Shown here one piece after another: positions 19,318 through 29,700 of a stretch of DNA of 64,000 nucleotides (within the stretch, counting starts at the first letter, position 1; each line of letters starts with the position of its first letter). The notes under the pieces are model-generated. The model worked only from the letters and a program-made list of their open reading frames with translations. It was not told the DNA's origin and did no database searches. The position numbers and the translations under genes were made by a program. Source of the stretch: an uncultured Bdellovibrionales bacterium (GTDB lineage: Bacteria; Myxococcota; XYA12-FULL-58-9; JALHOP01); the NCBI GenBank assembly GCA_964484195.1, contig CAZAER010000001.1:1215754-1279753 (forward strand), in the 5' to 3' direction.

Positions 19318-20795
19318 CTGCGACGTTTCCCCCCCAATAACGAGCCCAAAAGGCCTCGCGTCAGCTCCCGCGCCAGGGAGCTACCGACGGAGCGGGCGGC
19401 GCTCTTGGCGACGACGTCGATGAGACCGTCGCGCTTTCCGCCCCGAGGTCCCGTGCTCCCGAAGATCAAGTCGTTCAGCGCACCGCCACCCGTTGGGGGG
19501 GCCTGGCGCTCGACGACCGCAGCCTGCGCCCGGGCGCTGAGCTGCTCGTAAGCGCTCTCGCGGTCGACGGCCTGGTCGTAGACGCCCTTCAGGTCGGAGC
19601 TCGCCATCACGGCGGCGCGGCGATCGGCGGCGATGGGTCCAATCTTCGATGACGGCGGGACGACCAACGCACGCTGGGTGACGCCGGGAACGCCATCGGC
19701 GTCGAGCAGGGAGATCAGCGCTTCACCTACGGCAAGCTCGCCGACGGCGCGTTCGATAGCGATGGCGGGATTGGGACGCATGCTATCGGCGACCGCCTTG
19801 ACCGCGCGCTGGTCACGCGGCGTGAACGCCCGCAGCGCATGCTGCACGCGGTTACCCAGCTGTCCGAGCACCTTGTCGGGAATGTCGCTCGGGTTCTGGC
19901 TCACGAGATACACGCCCACGCCCTTCGAGCGAATGAGCCGCACCACGCGCTCGATGGTCTCGAGCAACGCGGGCGGCGCGTCGTCGAACAACAGGTGCGC
20001 TTCGTCGAAAAAGAAGGCGAGCTTGGGCTTCGCGAGGTCACCGACCTCGGGAAGACGCTCGAAGAGCTCGGCGAGCAGCCACAGCAACAAGCTCGCGTAG
20101 AGCTTGGGCGCATGAATGAGCCGATCGGCCGCGAGGATGTTCACAACGCCGAGCCCGTCGCGGGTCTGCATGAGGTCATCGATGTCGAGCATCGGCTCCC
20201 CGAAGAAGACATCGCCGCCCTGTTCTTCGAGGCCGATCAAACCGCGCTGAATCGCCCCGACCGAGGCAGCGGACACGTTGCCGTATTTGGTCTTCAGCTC
20301 GCCGGCGTGCTCGCCGCACCATTGCAGCATCGAGCGCAGGTCCTTCAAGTCGAGTAGCAACAGGCCGTGGTCGTCGGCGACCTTGAAGACCAGCGTGAGC
20401 ACGCCCGCTTGCGTCTCGTTGAGGCCGAGCAAGCGCGCCAAGAGCTGCGGCCCCATGTCGGACACCGTCGCCCGCACTGGATGACCGGACGCTCCGAAGA
20501 CGTCCCAAAAGGTGACCGGGTAAGAGCGCCACTGCGGCGTCAGGCCCAGCTGTCCAAGGCGCGCGGAGACACGCTCGCCCGGGCTGCCCACGTCCGCTAT
20601 ACCGGACAAGTCGCCTTTGATGTCCGCCAGGAAGACCGGCACCCCCATCTCGGAGAAGCACTCGGCGAGACGCTGCAGAGTCACCGTCTTCCCGGTGCCC
20701 GTGGCGCCGAAGATGCATCCGTGGCGATTGGCGACGCTCGGCACGATGCCGAGATCGGTTGCGCCCGAGCGAGCGAAGAAAGGCGTGGTTTGCAT
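19314..20795 (-). CDS. HerA-like helicase/ATPase of the DUF853 (YjgR-like) family.
   Basis: The Walker A is GATGTGKT and the Walker B is FFFDEAH. The basic C-terminal tail is typical of DUF853. Confidence 0.8.
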   Translation of the reverse strand: MQTTPFFARSGATDLGIVPSVANRHGCIFGATGTGKTVTLQRLAECFSEMGVPVFLADIKGDLSGIADVGSPGERVSARLGQLGLTPQWRSYPVTFWDVFGASGHPVRATVSDMGPQLLARLLGLNETQAGVLTLVFKVADDHGLLLLDLKDLRSMLQWCGEHAGELKTKYGNVSAASVGAIQRGLIGLEEQGGDVFFGEPMLDIDDLMQTRDGLGVVNILAADRLIHAPKLYASLLLWLLAELFERLPEVGDLAKPKLAFFFDEAHLLFDDAPPALLETIERVVRLIRSKGVGVYLVSQNPSDIPDKVLGQLGNRVQHALRAFTPRDQRAVKAVADSMRPNPAIAIERAVGELAVGEALISLLDADGVPGVTQRALVVPPSSKIGPIAADRRAAVMASSDLKGVYDQAVDRESAYEQLSARAQAAVVERQAPPTGGGALNDLIFGSTGPRGGKRDGLIDVVAKSAARSVGSSLARELTRGLLGSLLGGKRRR

Positions 20796-20815
20796 GCCGC
20801 CTCTCTAGCAGGGTG

Positions 20816-22429
20816 TCAGTTGAACAAGAATGCCCCGGGCACGCCGTCGATGACTGCCTTGCGATACCGTGCCTGCCCTTTCGCCATGTCGAGCGACACG
20901 GGATTCGATGCATCCGTGATCACCTGGCTGTTCTCGACGACGCGACTGTCCGGGGGCCGAGGATTGGCCATCATGTCCGTCAGCGCTTGGGAGATGCCCT
21001 CGGGTGCCCCCTGCACCGACACCGCGACCGGCTGCGGCAACTGCCGCGCGGCAGCGACCACGAAGCTGTTCACGTGCACGACGCCGGCGTAGGTCGTTCG
21101 ATAGAGCATGATCGCAGGCATTGCGGCGCTGAGGGTCGCAAGGAAATGTGCATACGGCCGGCGAAACTGCCGGTCCGCGAAAGTGTTCAAGATGGCGACG
21201 CCATCGTCACCACTGCAGTGGCGCAGCGCTTCGAAGAAGTCGCGGGTCACCAGGTATTCGGGCACACCGTCGCCCGCAAAGAGATCGACGACGACTGCGT
21301 CGTAAGGTTCGGTGCAGCTCTGCAAGAACGTGCGCGCATCCTGCTGCACGACCTTCACCGCGTCTGGCAGCGCGAAGATCTCCTTGGCCGCTCGAACGGA
21401 CGCGGGATCGATCTCGACCGTGGTCACGTCGACCCCACGCGCCGCGAGCATGCGCGGGACGATGCCGGCACCCAAGCCCAACACCAGCACGCGCTTGGCC
21501 TCGGGCTTGTAGCTTCGAATCAGCGCGTCGAGCATGTGCGTGTACATCGACAGGGATTGGCCGTCACTTGCGACCGTGTTCTGGGTGATACCGTCTTGGA
21601 AATACATACGGCGGAAGCTGCCGTCGGCCGCGGTCGGGCTCCTCAAGATTTGTACGGTGCCGAACATCGAGTGGAACGTCGCTTCGCGCTGCCAGTCGCG
21701 GTCGCCGTAACGCGCCGGCCACTGCAGGCCCGTGAACATGCTGCCGAAGGCCAAAAGCCCGACCGACATCGCGAGCGCGGCGCCGCCGAGCACACCCACG
21801 AGCCTGCGCGAAGGCAGCGGGTGCGGCGATTTCACCGCGATGAGCAACGTCAGCAGCGCGAGCGCCACTGCAATCGTCAGGGTGGCGGTGAAGTTGCTGA
21901 AGTGCGGGATGAGACCAAACGCTGTAACGGACACGCCGACGACCGAGCCCAACGTGCTCACGAAAAACACGCGACCAGCGCCAGCATCTCCCGCCGCCGC
22001 GGCCCCGTGAGCGACGCGAATCGCGACCAGCAACGGATTCATCGCCGAGGTCGTCGCCAGCGGCACGAAGAGCAAGATGATGCAGGCAGCAAAGGCGCCG
22101 GCGACGAGGTCCAAACGTGCGAGCGGAAGAAAGGTGAATGGATAGAGCAAGCAGGCGATGACGATGGCGAGCGCCGCGACCGCGGGCATGATGGCGTAGA
22201 GCAGCGTGAGCTGCCCCAACGAGCGCGTCTCCCCTCCACGCGCGGCGAGGCGCCCACCCCACCAATAGCCCGCAGCCAGCGCCACCAGCGTGATCGAGAG
22301 GATGCCCGTCCAGATGAACAGACTGACCCCGAAGTACGGCGTCATGATGCGGGACGCGAGTAGCTCGAGCGCCAGAATCGCACCGCCGGTGATGAAGACG
22401 ATGGCGTGCAGCATGCGGGGGCCTCGCAA
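20816..22429 (-). CDS. Membrane-fused spermidine/spermine synthase-like aminopropyltransferase.
   Basis: About 230 N-terminal aa form multi-TM helices. The C-terminal spermidine-synthase fold carries VLVLGLGAGI and VVVDLFAGDG motifs. ORF 20759..22363 (+) is its antisense artefact. Confidence 0.8.
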   Translation of the reverse strand: MRGPRMLHAIVFITGGAILALELLASRIMTPYFGVSLFIWTGILSITLVALAAGYWWGGRLAARGGETRSLGQLTLLYAIMPAVAALAIVIACLLYPFTFLPLARLDLVAGAFAACIILLFVPLATTSAMNPLLVAIRVAHGAAAAGDAGAGRVFFVSTLGSVVGVSVTAFGLIPHFSNFTATLTIAVALALLTLLIAVKSPHPLPSRRLVGVLGGAALAMSVGLLAFGSMFTGLQWPARYGDRDWQREATFHSMFGTVQILRSPTAADGSFRRMYFQDGITQNTVASDGQSLSMYTHMLDALIRSYKPEAKRVLVLGLGAGIVPRMLAARGVDVTTVEIDPASVRAAKEIFALPDAVKVVQQDARTFLQSCTEPYDAVVVDLFAGDGVPEYLVTRDFFEALRHCSGDDGVAILNTFADRQFRRPYAHFLATLSAAMPAIMLYRTTYAGVVHVNSFVVAAARQLPQPVAVSVQGAPEGISQALTDMMANPRPPDSRVVENSQVITDASNPVSLDMAKGQARYRKAVIDGVPGAFLFN

Positions 22430-22509
22430 AAAAGCCCGAGCTTCGCTCTCACGAAACCCGGGCTTCGATTGCTAAAACGGACAAGCTGCCGAAGCAGCTC
22501 GTGGTGCGA

Positions 22510-22872
22510 CTACCAGCGACCGCCGCCGCCACCACCACCGCCGCCTCGGCCACCACGACCGCCGCCTCCGCCGCCGCCACCACCGTAGCCGCCGCGTCCA
22601 CCGCCGCCGCCGCCACCGCCGCGCGGCTTGTCTTCCGCCTCGTTGACTTTGATCGAGCGGCCGTCGAGCTCGACGCCGTTCATTTCTGACATCGCCTTGC
22701 GGGCTTCATCGGCGCTACCGAAGCTGACGAAACCGAAACCACGCGAACGGCCAGTGTCTCGGTCCATGATCACCTTGGCTTCGGTAACGTTACCGAAACG
22801 CTCGAACGCCCCGCGAAGGGTGTCATCGGTGGTGTCCCAGCTCAGGCCGCCAACAAACAACTTTTGACTCAC
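22510..22872 (-). CDS. RRM-type RNA-binding protein with a Gly-rich tail.
   Basis: RNP2 is LFVGGL and RNP1 is RGFGFVSF, followed by a (G)n-R tail. Confidence 0.9.
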   Translation of the reverse strand: MSQKLFVGGLSWDTTDDTLRGAFERFGNVTEAKVIMDRDTGRSRGFGFVSFGSADEARKAMSEMNGVELDGRSIKVNEAEDKPRGGGGGGGGRGGYGGGGGGGGGRGGRGGGGGGGGGRW

Positions 22873-23012
22873 GCTTTTCCATCTCCCACGGTTCCGTCAC
22901 GAAACGAACGGCCCGAGGCGCGCGTTGTCCCCCAGAAAGCGCCAAATGAGGAGACAAATCGAACGGCTCTCGAAGAAAGGTAAGGTCCCCCTGGAATGGG
23001 GCTAAAGGGGGC

Positions 23013-23396
23013 CTAGCTGCGGGGCCGCCACCCCTCCACCACGAAGGGCTCGATCGCGTTCCAGATCTCGGTCGCCCGGACCGGCTTGCTCAGCACCTCG
23101 GCAGCCCCGGCGCGCTTCAAAATGCCCACGTTGTCCTGCCCGAGGGTCGTGATGACGACGACGGGGATGTTCTTGGTCGTCGGCTGGCTCTTGAGCAGTG
23201 CCAGGACCTGAACCCCGTCCATGACGGGCATTTGGATGTCGAGCAGAATGACGTCGGGCTGCGATTCCAGGGCGATCTTGGCCGCCTGCAAGCCGTCCTC
23301 GGCGTAGAGCAACGCCAACCCGCGCTTGGCGAGGTAGTCGCCCTCGAGCTTGCGGAAGGCGGGGGAGTCGTCGGCGATGAGCACGGTCTTCGGCAC
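23013..23396 (-). CDS. Single-domain response regulator (receiver).
   Basis: DD at the N-terminus, the phospho-acceptor D in LLDIQMP, and conserved T and K positions. The ORF is 127 aa. Confidence 0.85.
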   Translation of the reverse strand: MPKTVLIADDSPAFRKLEGDYLAKRGLALLYAEDGLQAAKIALESQPDVILLDIQMPVMDGVQVLALLKSQPTTKNIPVVVITTLGQDNVGILKRAGAAEVLSKPVRATEIWNAIEPFVVEGWRPRS

Positions 23397-23458
23397 TGGG
23401 ACCTCGGGTTACGCGACCAGGACAAGCTACCCTAAAACCGGCCGATACGGGCGTTCCT

Positions 23459-23950
23459 CTACCTCAGGTAGTCGCCTGCCAGGGCATCGGCATACTCGTT
23501 CCAACGCGAGCCGTCGTGCGCGCGGATCCACTGCAGCCGTAGATTTTTCTTCTCGAGCGACAGCGCATAGAGCTCCTGGACCAGCTCGAGGTTCTTGATC
23601 TCGCCATCCTTGCGCCGCCAGCCACGCCGCGCCCAAGACGCCGCCCACTCGTTGATGGTTTTGACGCACAGCTGACTGTCCGTGAAAACGTCCAGCGGCA
23701 TGGTCGCCGAAGCCATGCGATAGGCGGCGATGAGCCCGGTGAGCTCCATCCGATTGTTCGTCGTATGGGCCTCGCGCCCGGTGACAGCGTCGATGATCTC
23801 GTCGTCGACGACGTACACCGCGCTCCAGCCCCCAGGCCCTGGATTGGGCGTCGCGCTACCGTCGGTAAACAGACCGGTCGTCGGCCCCTTCCGATAGGTG
23901 GCAAGCACTTGGTCGGGCGTCATCGAAGGACGGTTGAAGCGATGCGTCAT
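23459..23950 (-). CDS. rnhA: Ribonuclease HI.
   Basis: Contains FTDGSATPNPGPGGW, MELTG and the C-terminal RAHDG..NEYADALA. There is a 4-nt overlap with the upstream gene stop. An alternative start is MTPDQV at 23923. Confidence 0.85.
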   Translation of the reverse strand: MTHRFNRPSMTPDQVLATYRKGPTTGLFTDGSATPNPGPGGWSAVYVVDDEIIDAVTGREAHTTNNRMELTGLIAAYRMASATMPLDVFTDSQLCVKTINEWAASWARRGWRRKDGEIKNLELVQELYALSLEKKNLRLQWIRAHDGSRWNEYADALAGDYLR

Positions 23951-25107
23951 CCCAGCTGCTGTAGCACAGCTGAGATCTCCATGGCGCTCGAGGGTCGGTT
24001 GTTCGGATTGCGGTCCAAGCAGCGCCCGACGACGTTATCGAGCGCCTTGGGCACGCCCTTCCCCACCGCGGTCATCATCGCGTAGAGGACGCCACCGAGA
24101 CTGTAGATGTCGGCGCGCGCGTCGACCGGCTCTCCCGCGAGCTGCTCGGGGGCCATGAAGCCCGGAGTCACCGTTCCCGCGAGCGACCGTGGCGCATCCA
24201 TCGTCGTCCCCCGGCGGAGCGTCGCGATGCCGAAATCGAGGAGCTTCGCGAAGTCGGGGCTGAGCGAGTGGCGCACCAGCATGACGTTCTGCGGCTTCAG
24301 GTTGCGATGCACGACACCGGCGCGGTGGACGGCCTCGAGCGCGCCACAAAGCTGCTGACCGATGGAGACGATCCGCGATAGCGGAAGCGGCCCACTCCGA
24401 GACAGCACCTCGCTCAGGTTCTGACCGACCAGGAGCTCCATGACGACGAACACGTGGTCGTCGTCGACGACGAGGTCGGTGATTTGCACGATGTTATCGT
24501 GCGAGATCTGATTCACGAGGCGCGCTTCGTCGCAGAATCGGCGGACTGCGGCGCGGTCGTGCACGTGCTCGTCTTTCAAGAGCTTGAGCGCGACCCGTCG
24601 ACCGAGCAGCTGGTGCTCGGCGAGAAACACGTCGCCCGAGCCCCCCGAGCCGATGCGCTCGACGATGGCGTAGCGACCGAGCTTGTCGCCCTTTTGGATC
24701 GCCCGCGGCAGGTCTGGCGGAGGCGGAGGAGCGTCGACGACGGTCTTCGGCATCGGCTGGATGCTCTGATGACTCGGCAGCCTCGCGAGGTAAGCCTTGA
24801 GCGCCGCCTCCATGATGGGATCGATGCCGAGGAAGCGCATGCCCATGCCGGCGGGTCGGTTGCGGGTCGAATCGGGGAACCCGCGAATCCACACCACCTC
24901 GACGCGACTCGTGATCTCCAGCGACTCCGCCAACATGATGTTGACGTCGACCACCGAGCCTGGACGCAATAGCGGCGCCCCCGAGACGAACATCCCGGTC
25001 TCGCTGATATTGATGGTGTTCCACTCGGGGCGGAGTGTCGGTGTCCGCGGGACTACGGGAGCGAGCACTGACCATCGTGTCGCAGGCTTGCCGGGGGAGG
25101 CGCGCAT
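23947..25107 (-). CDS. PilZ-domain pseudokinase (predicted), a paralog of the 10314..11693 gene.
   Basis: It has the same PilZ N-terminus (TRWSVLAPVVPR, NISETGMFVSGAPLLRPG) and the same kinase fold. The catalytic loop is HRNLKPQN (HRD to HRN), the Gly loop is GSGGSGD, and the C-lobe has a deletion relative to the paralog. The start at 25107 follows the ACTGGAATG context shared with the paralog. Confidence 0.75.
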   Translation of the reverse strand: MRASPGKPATRWSVLAPVVPRTPTLRPEWNTINISETGMFVSGAPLLRPGSVVDVNIMLAESLEITSRVEVVWIRGFPDSTRNRPAGMGMRFLGIDPIMEAALKAYLARLPSHQSIQPMPKTVVDAPPPPPDLPRAIQKGDKLGRYAIVERIGSGGSGDVFLAEHQLLGRRVALKLLKDEHVHDRAAVRRFCDEARLVNQISHDNIVQITDLVVDDDHVFVVMELLVGQNLSEVLSRSGPLPLSRIVSIGQQLCGALEAVHRAGVVHRNLKPQNVMLVRHSLSPDFAKLLDFGIATLRRGTTMDAPRSLAGTVTPGFMAPEQLAGEPVDARADIYSLGGVLYAMMTAVGKGVPKALDNVVGRCLDRNPNNRPSSAMEISAVLQQLG

Positions 25108-25197
25108 TCCAGTCCGTTCCATCGGAGAGTTTGTACTCGATTCTCTCCAAAATGCTCGTGCGTCACTTGTCGCCGCGAACCGAAGCGAAATCTGGCA

Positions 25198-26367
25198 TTG
25201 TTTCGGAGCATGTTCGCCGCGTTCGCCTCGCTCTTGCTCCTGGCCCAAACAAGTCCCGAGTCCGCAGGCGCGGAAAAGGCGATGTTGTTGGTGATGCCGC
25301 TGCGCGCGGAAACGAAGCTCGCGGCGTCGGCGCGGGCGCTCGACGAGCTCATCCTCGGCGCCGTCGATGGCTTGCAGCGCTATCAGGTGCTCGGCGCCAG
25401 CGACCTGAACGCATTGCTCGGCGTCGAGAAAATGAAAGACGCGATCGCCTGCGAAGACACGGTGTGCGCCGCTGAGATCGGTGGTGCGCTAGGTGCGCCA
25501 TACCTACTCGCCGGAGAGCTGCGCGCCTTGGACCAGCAGGTCGTCCTGTCGTTGCGACTGATGGATACGAAGAAGCAAACGGTGATGGCGCGCGCCACCG
25601 CGCGGGGATCGACCCAAGCCGAGTCTCTCAACCAGATGATGGCCCAGGTCGTCGGCACCTGCTTCAAGACCACGGTGCAAACGGCCGCTCCGCAGACGGG
25701 CGCCGAAGGCGATTACAGCGGCTACATGGGACTCATCAACGAGCTCAGCGGCTACGCGACGCGCAACGAATACACGAGCCTCTTGAGCAAGCTCGATGAC
25801 CTGAAAGCGCGCGCGAAGAAGGTCAAGACGCCTCCCGGGGGTGCCTCCGCCGACGAGCTGCTCACCTACTACAATGCGACCGCCTGCTTCATGCTCAAGC
25901 GGGAGCCGTGCCTGCGCACCGCCGCCGCGCACTATCAAAAGGAATGGCCGAGCGGGAACTATCGCCCCGGTCTCGAAACCTTCCTGACGACGTTCGACGA
26001 CCAAAAGACCGCTCGAGCGGACCGCGAGCCCGAGGTCAAAGAGAAGCTCGCGGACATCGCGGAAAAGCTGAAGAGCGGCGTCTATCAGCCGCTGCAAGCC
26101 CAAGAGATGACTGCGTTTGCGTACTATGGCGGACAGGACTATGCGCAAGCAGCCAAACACTTCGCACTGCTCCTCGACAAGCTGTACGCGGAGAAACCCC
26201 CGCAGGTGGACAAGGTCATGAGCACGACGTCGCTCGTGGTCATGGCCTGGCAGCAGGTAGGCGACTTCGACGCGGCGCGCGCGGCATTGAAGAAAGCGGA
26301 GGCCCTCGACGCCAAGGCGTATCGCGCCAATGGGCTGCAGCAGACGGCGAGAGCCCTGCCGAAGTAG
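25198..26367 (+). CDS. Secreted hypothetical protein.
   Basis: The signal peptide is MFRSMFAAFASLLLLAQTSPESAGA. The 389-aa ORF is helical and Lys/Ala-rich. Confidence 0.6.
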   Translation: MFRSMFAAFASLLLLAQTSPESAGAEKAMLLVMPLRAETKLAASARALDELILGAVDGLQRYQVLGASDLNALLGVEKMKDAIACEDTVCAAEIGGALGAPYLLAGELRALDQQVVLSLRLMDTKKQTVMARATARGSTQAESLNQMMAQVVGTCFKTTVQTAAPQTGAEGDYSGYMGLINELSGYATRNEYTSLLSKLDDLKARAKKVKTPPGGASADELLTYYNATACFMLKREPCLRTAAAHYQKEWPSGNYRPGLETFLTTFDDQKTARADREPEVKEKLADIAEKLKSGVYQPLQAQEMTAFAYYGGQDYAQAAKHFALLLDKLYAEKPPQVDKVMSTTSLVVMAWQQVGDFDAARAALKKAEALDAKAYRANGLQQTARALPK

Positions 26368-26497
26368 AGAGGCACGAAGGCACCGCTGTAGCGGAACGCC
26401 TCAACCGGGTCCCACCAACCCGCGTAATTGCCCTTCGCGGCCCCATCTCGGTCGGCCCGCGCTTTGCAATCAATCGAGGCAAGGCAGGAGGATCACA

Positions 26498-26686
26498 ATG
26501 GCTCTCAAGGTTGCCGCGAAGGAAGTGGACTTCGACCGCATGGCTCAGTTGATCGAGCGGATGCGCGTGAGCGACCCCAAAGCCGAGCGCTGGACCGCGG
26601 CGTTCGACGAGCTGCGCGGCATCATCGCCGCTCAGGGCGTGTGCGACGACAACGTCGTGTCCCTCGAGCTGACACCGGCGGCCTAG
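26498..26686 (+). CDS. Small 62-aa protein upstream of the giant ORF.
   Basis: AGGAGG at 26486-26491 precedes the ATG at 26498 (MALKVAAKEVDFDRMAQLIERM...). The ORF-track start at 26330 gives a junk N-terminus. Confidence 0.5.
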   Translation: MALKVAAKEVDFDRMAQLIERMRVSDPKAERWTAAFDELRGIIAAQGVCDDNVVSLELTPAA

Positions 26687-26786
26687 TCGCGCCGGGGGTG
26701 GACGGATCTCGTCCTGTCCATCGTTCAGCAGCTGATTTCGGCCAGCTCGGAGCACGGTCGCGTACGGCCAGGCGGAGACACCCGCC

Positions 26787-29700
26787 ATGACTGACGTACT
26801 AATTGGCTCTGCATCTTGGGCTCAGATTCAGCACGGAGACGATGGCCCGGCAGCGGCGCCGCCGTCGGCACCCGGCTCCGAGCAACAGCAGCTCGACGCC
26901 CTTCTCTACGGTCAGAACGACAACTACGGGATCGGCGCGCCCATCCTCACGTATTTGCCGGAGGCCAAGGAGGCGGAGCAACCCATCGACCTCGGCCGCA
27001 TCATCGCCGAAGCGCAGCAGCAACGCGGCGAAGATGTCAGGACGGCCGCCCTCAACGCTGCGGCGCAGCTCGCCGCGTCGACCTTCGTCCCTGCGAACGC
27101 AGGGGCAGCGCAGCTCGCTGCCTCGGCGCTCACCGAGCTCGCCGCGAGCTACAACGAAACGACGGCCGCGCAGCTCGACCCCGCTCTCGCGTACTGGACC
27201 AACATCGCCCAACAGCAGCTCGCCGCCGGCAGCAGTGTGGCGGCACCCAGCAGTCCCTTCGCTGGCGTCGGCGACGCCAACGCGACTGGCCAGGAGACCG
27301 TCGCGGGCCAAGCGATGACTGGCGCGCAGTACCTTCAAGACAAGGCCATCGTCTTCGTCACCCGCACGGTCGAAGAAGTGACGTTCCGAGACGTTGGCGA
27401 GAGCTCGTATGCGGTCACGAATCAGGTCCAGCGCCCGTTCGCCGTGACCATCGGCGAAGCCATGCGTGAGCTCAACCTCGATGCCGCGCAGGCCGCCGCG
27501 TATCTCGAGCAAAACGGTGTCTATGTCATCCGCAATGACGTCGCCGGCACGCGGGCCGAGTTCGAGGCCGTCCACGGGCGGGCACCGACTGCCGCGGAGC
27601 GCGCCTACGTCGTGCGCCCGGAGACCATGATGCGGTCGGGCGAGAACGAGGTCGTCATGCCTACGGTCTACGGCACCGCGCAGCAGCACTTGCAGGCGGC
27701 GGGTCACGACCTCGGCGTCTACGCGTGGCTACCGGCCCATGTGATGGCGGCCGCGCGGGCGAATCCCAACGGCAACGTGCTGCTCGCATCGAGCGATCAG
27801 GTGACCACGGTCCAAGCGCATCTCGCCGAGCAAGCGTTGGGCACTTACCTTCTACCCGACGGCAACGCCGGCACACGCGCCGACTTCGAGACCGCTACCG
27901 GTCGGGTAGCGACCGACGCAGATCGCGCCTTCATCGTGCGCGGGCCCGTCCATGAACGCAACGGCGAGAACGAAAACACCTATCCCGCGACGCTCGGTAA
28001 CCAAGCGGCATACCTCCAGGCCATCGGCTTGTCGCCGAGCGCGCCAGGCAATCTCACCATCGCGTTCAACAACTCGCGCGCACGCGGCGGTGACGCGTAT
28101 CTGGACACCTCCCATCGCAGCATCGATATGACCCAACCCAACGCCCTACCCGAGCGCGCCTACCGCGCCGTCGCGAACGACGCGCTCGCTGCCGAGTGGG
28201 TTCAGATCGGCGCCAACGGCCCCATCAACGACGACGTCGCCAAGATCCTCGGTGACGTCTACGCTCGCTTCGGCGCCGACACGCCGGAGAAGCAAGAGAT
28301 CGTCCGCGGCCAGCTCTTCCGCTACGACCCCAGCTACGGCGTCATCGCCAACCGCGAGCTCATCAAGGGCGCGGTGGAGATGAACGACAACCGCCGCCAA
28401 GGCTTCTTCGAGCGCGGGTTCGGACGGGCCCTCTTGACCGTGGCTGCGACAGTGGTCGGTGGACCGGTGCTCGCCGCTGGTGTCAGCGCTGCCTTCGCGG
28501 CTTACGACGGCGGCTCACTCGGTGACATCGCCGTCGCCGGAGCCGCGGCTTATGCAGGGGGCGTCGTCGGCGCCGGTGTCGGCGGCGCGGTGACCTCGTC
28601 GCTCGCAAGCTCGGGTGTGTCCGCTACGGCGTCCGCAGCTGCCGGCGGCTTCGCCCAGGGCGTCGCCAGCTCGGCTACGAGCCAGCTCATCACCACCGGC
28701 AGCATCGATGGCGACAGGTTGTTGCAAGCTGGGGTCACTGGCGGTGTCACCGCGGGAGTCACGACCGGGCTCAACGGTACCGATCTCGTAAACAACATCG
28801 ACACCTCTCTCGGCCTCGCCCCCGGAACCGCCGCGCGGGTCATCGGCGCCCAGGCAGGCACGGTCGCCGGCACCGGTGGCTTCGACTGGGAAGGGGCGCT
28901 GGCAACGCTCGTCGCACAGCCCGCGAGCATCAGGACCGGCACTCCGACCGAGTCCGCCAACGCAGACGTGAACGAGGTAGCCCGCATGTACGAGGTCCTC
29001 GCTGGCAATCCAGACCTCACCGTCGAGATCGACCGCACGCAGAGCGGCGTCGATGTCATCGACGCTTGGTCGCGCGACGGTGAACGGATGACCTTCACTT
29101 TCGTGAACGGCGTGCTGACGGGGAGAGAGACCAACCGCGACCTCGTCGACTCTGGCGTTGGCGCGAGAATGCAACAAGTGAACGCGATGGCGGACGAGCT
29201 GGCCGCGAACCCCGCCCTCCGAGTCATCACGACGAGCGACTACCGCACCGGTGAGCAGCAGCTCACCATCTTGAGCCCGGATCAGCCCACCGTTCAGTAC
29301 AACTACATCAACGGCGAGTTTCATCGCGTCACCTTCCCCGATCAGGAGAACCAGCTGCGACGGGAGATCGACGTGGCGTTCGAGGGCTACGGCGTGCCGA
29401 CGCTCGCGGCTCGACTTTGGTCCGACCGTGCGCTCGCCGGTGAGTCACTCATCTCGCGCGACATCGACCCCGCCTTGGCGAACATGGGCAAGCTCGTGAC
29501 CGTGGCGATGAACGTCTCGGAGCCGGGCAAGAAACCCGAGTACACCGGCTCGGGTGCTCTCGGGGTCGCGACAATCGATGGTGTCGACCGCATCGTCCTC
29601 AGCACGGGCAATCACGTGCTCGACCCGGTCGAGGGCACCGTATTCTCGGCCCGCGATAGCCTTGGCCGCCTCGTCGAGATTCCTTTGGATGGTCAGATCA

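Noticed and set aside
20759-22363. 534-aa plus ORF
   Set aside because: It is antisense to the spermidine-synthase fusion and Arg/His/Asp-rich with no domain signal.
22406-22588. poly-Pro ORF (PPPPPPPRPPRPP)
   Set aside because: It is the reverse-strand reading of the Gly-rich (GGC)n tail of the RRM protein gene.
26799-27707. 302-aa minus ORF inside the giant gene
   Set aside because: It is an antisense shadow with Arg/Gly/Asp-rich composition. The plus-strand giant ORF has the coherent composition and repeats.
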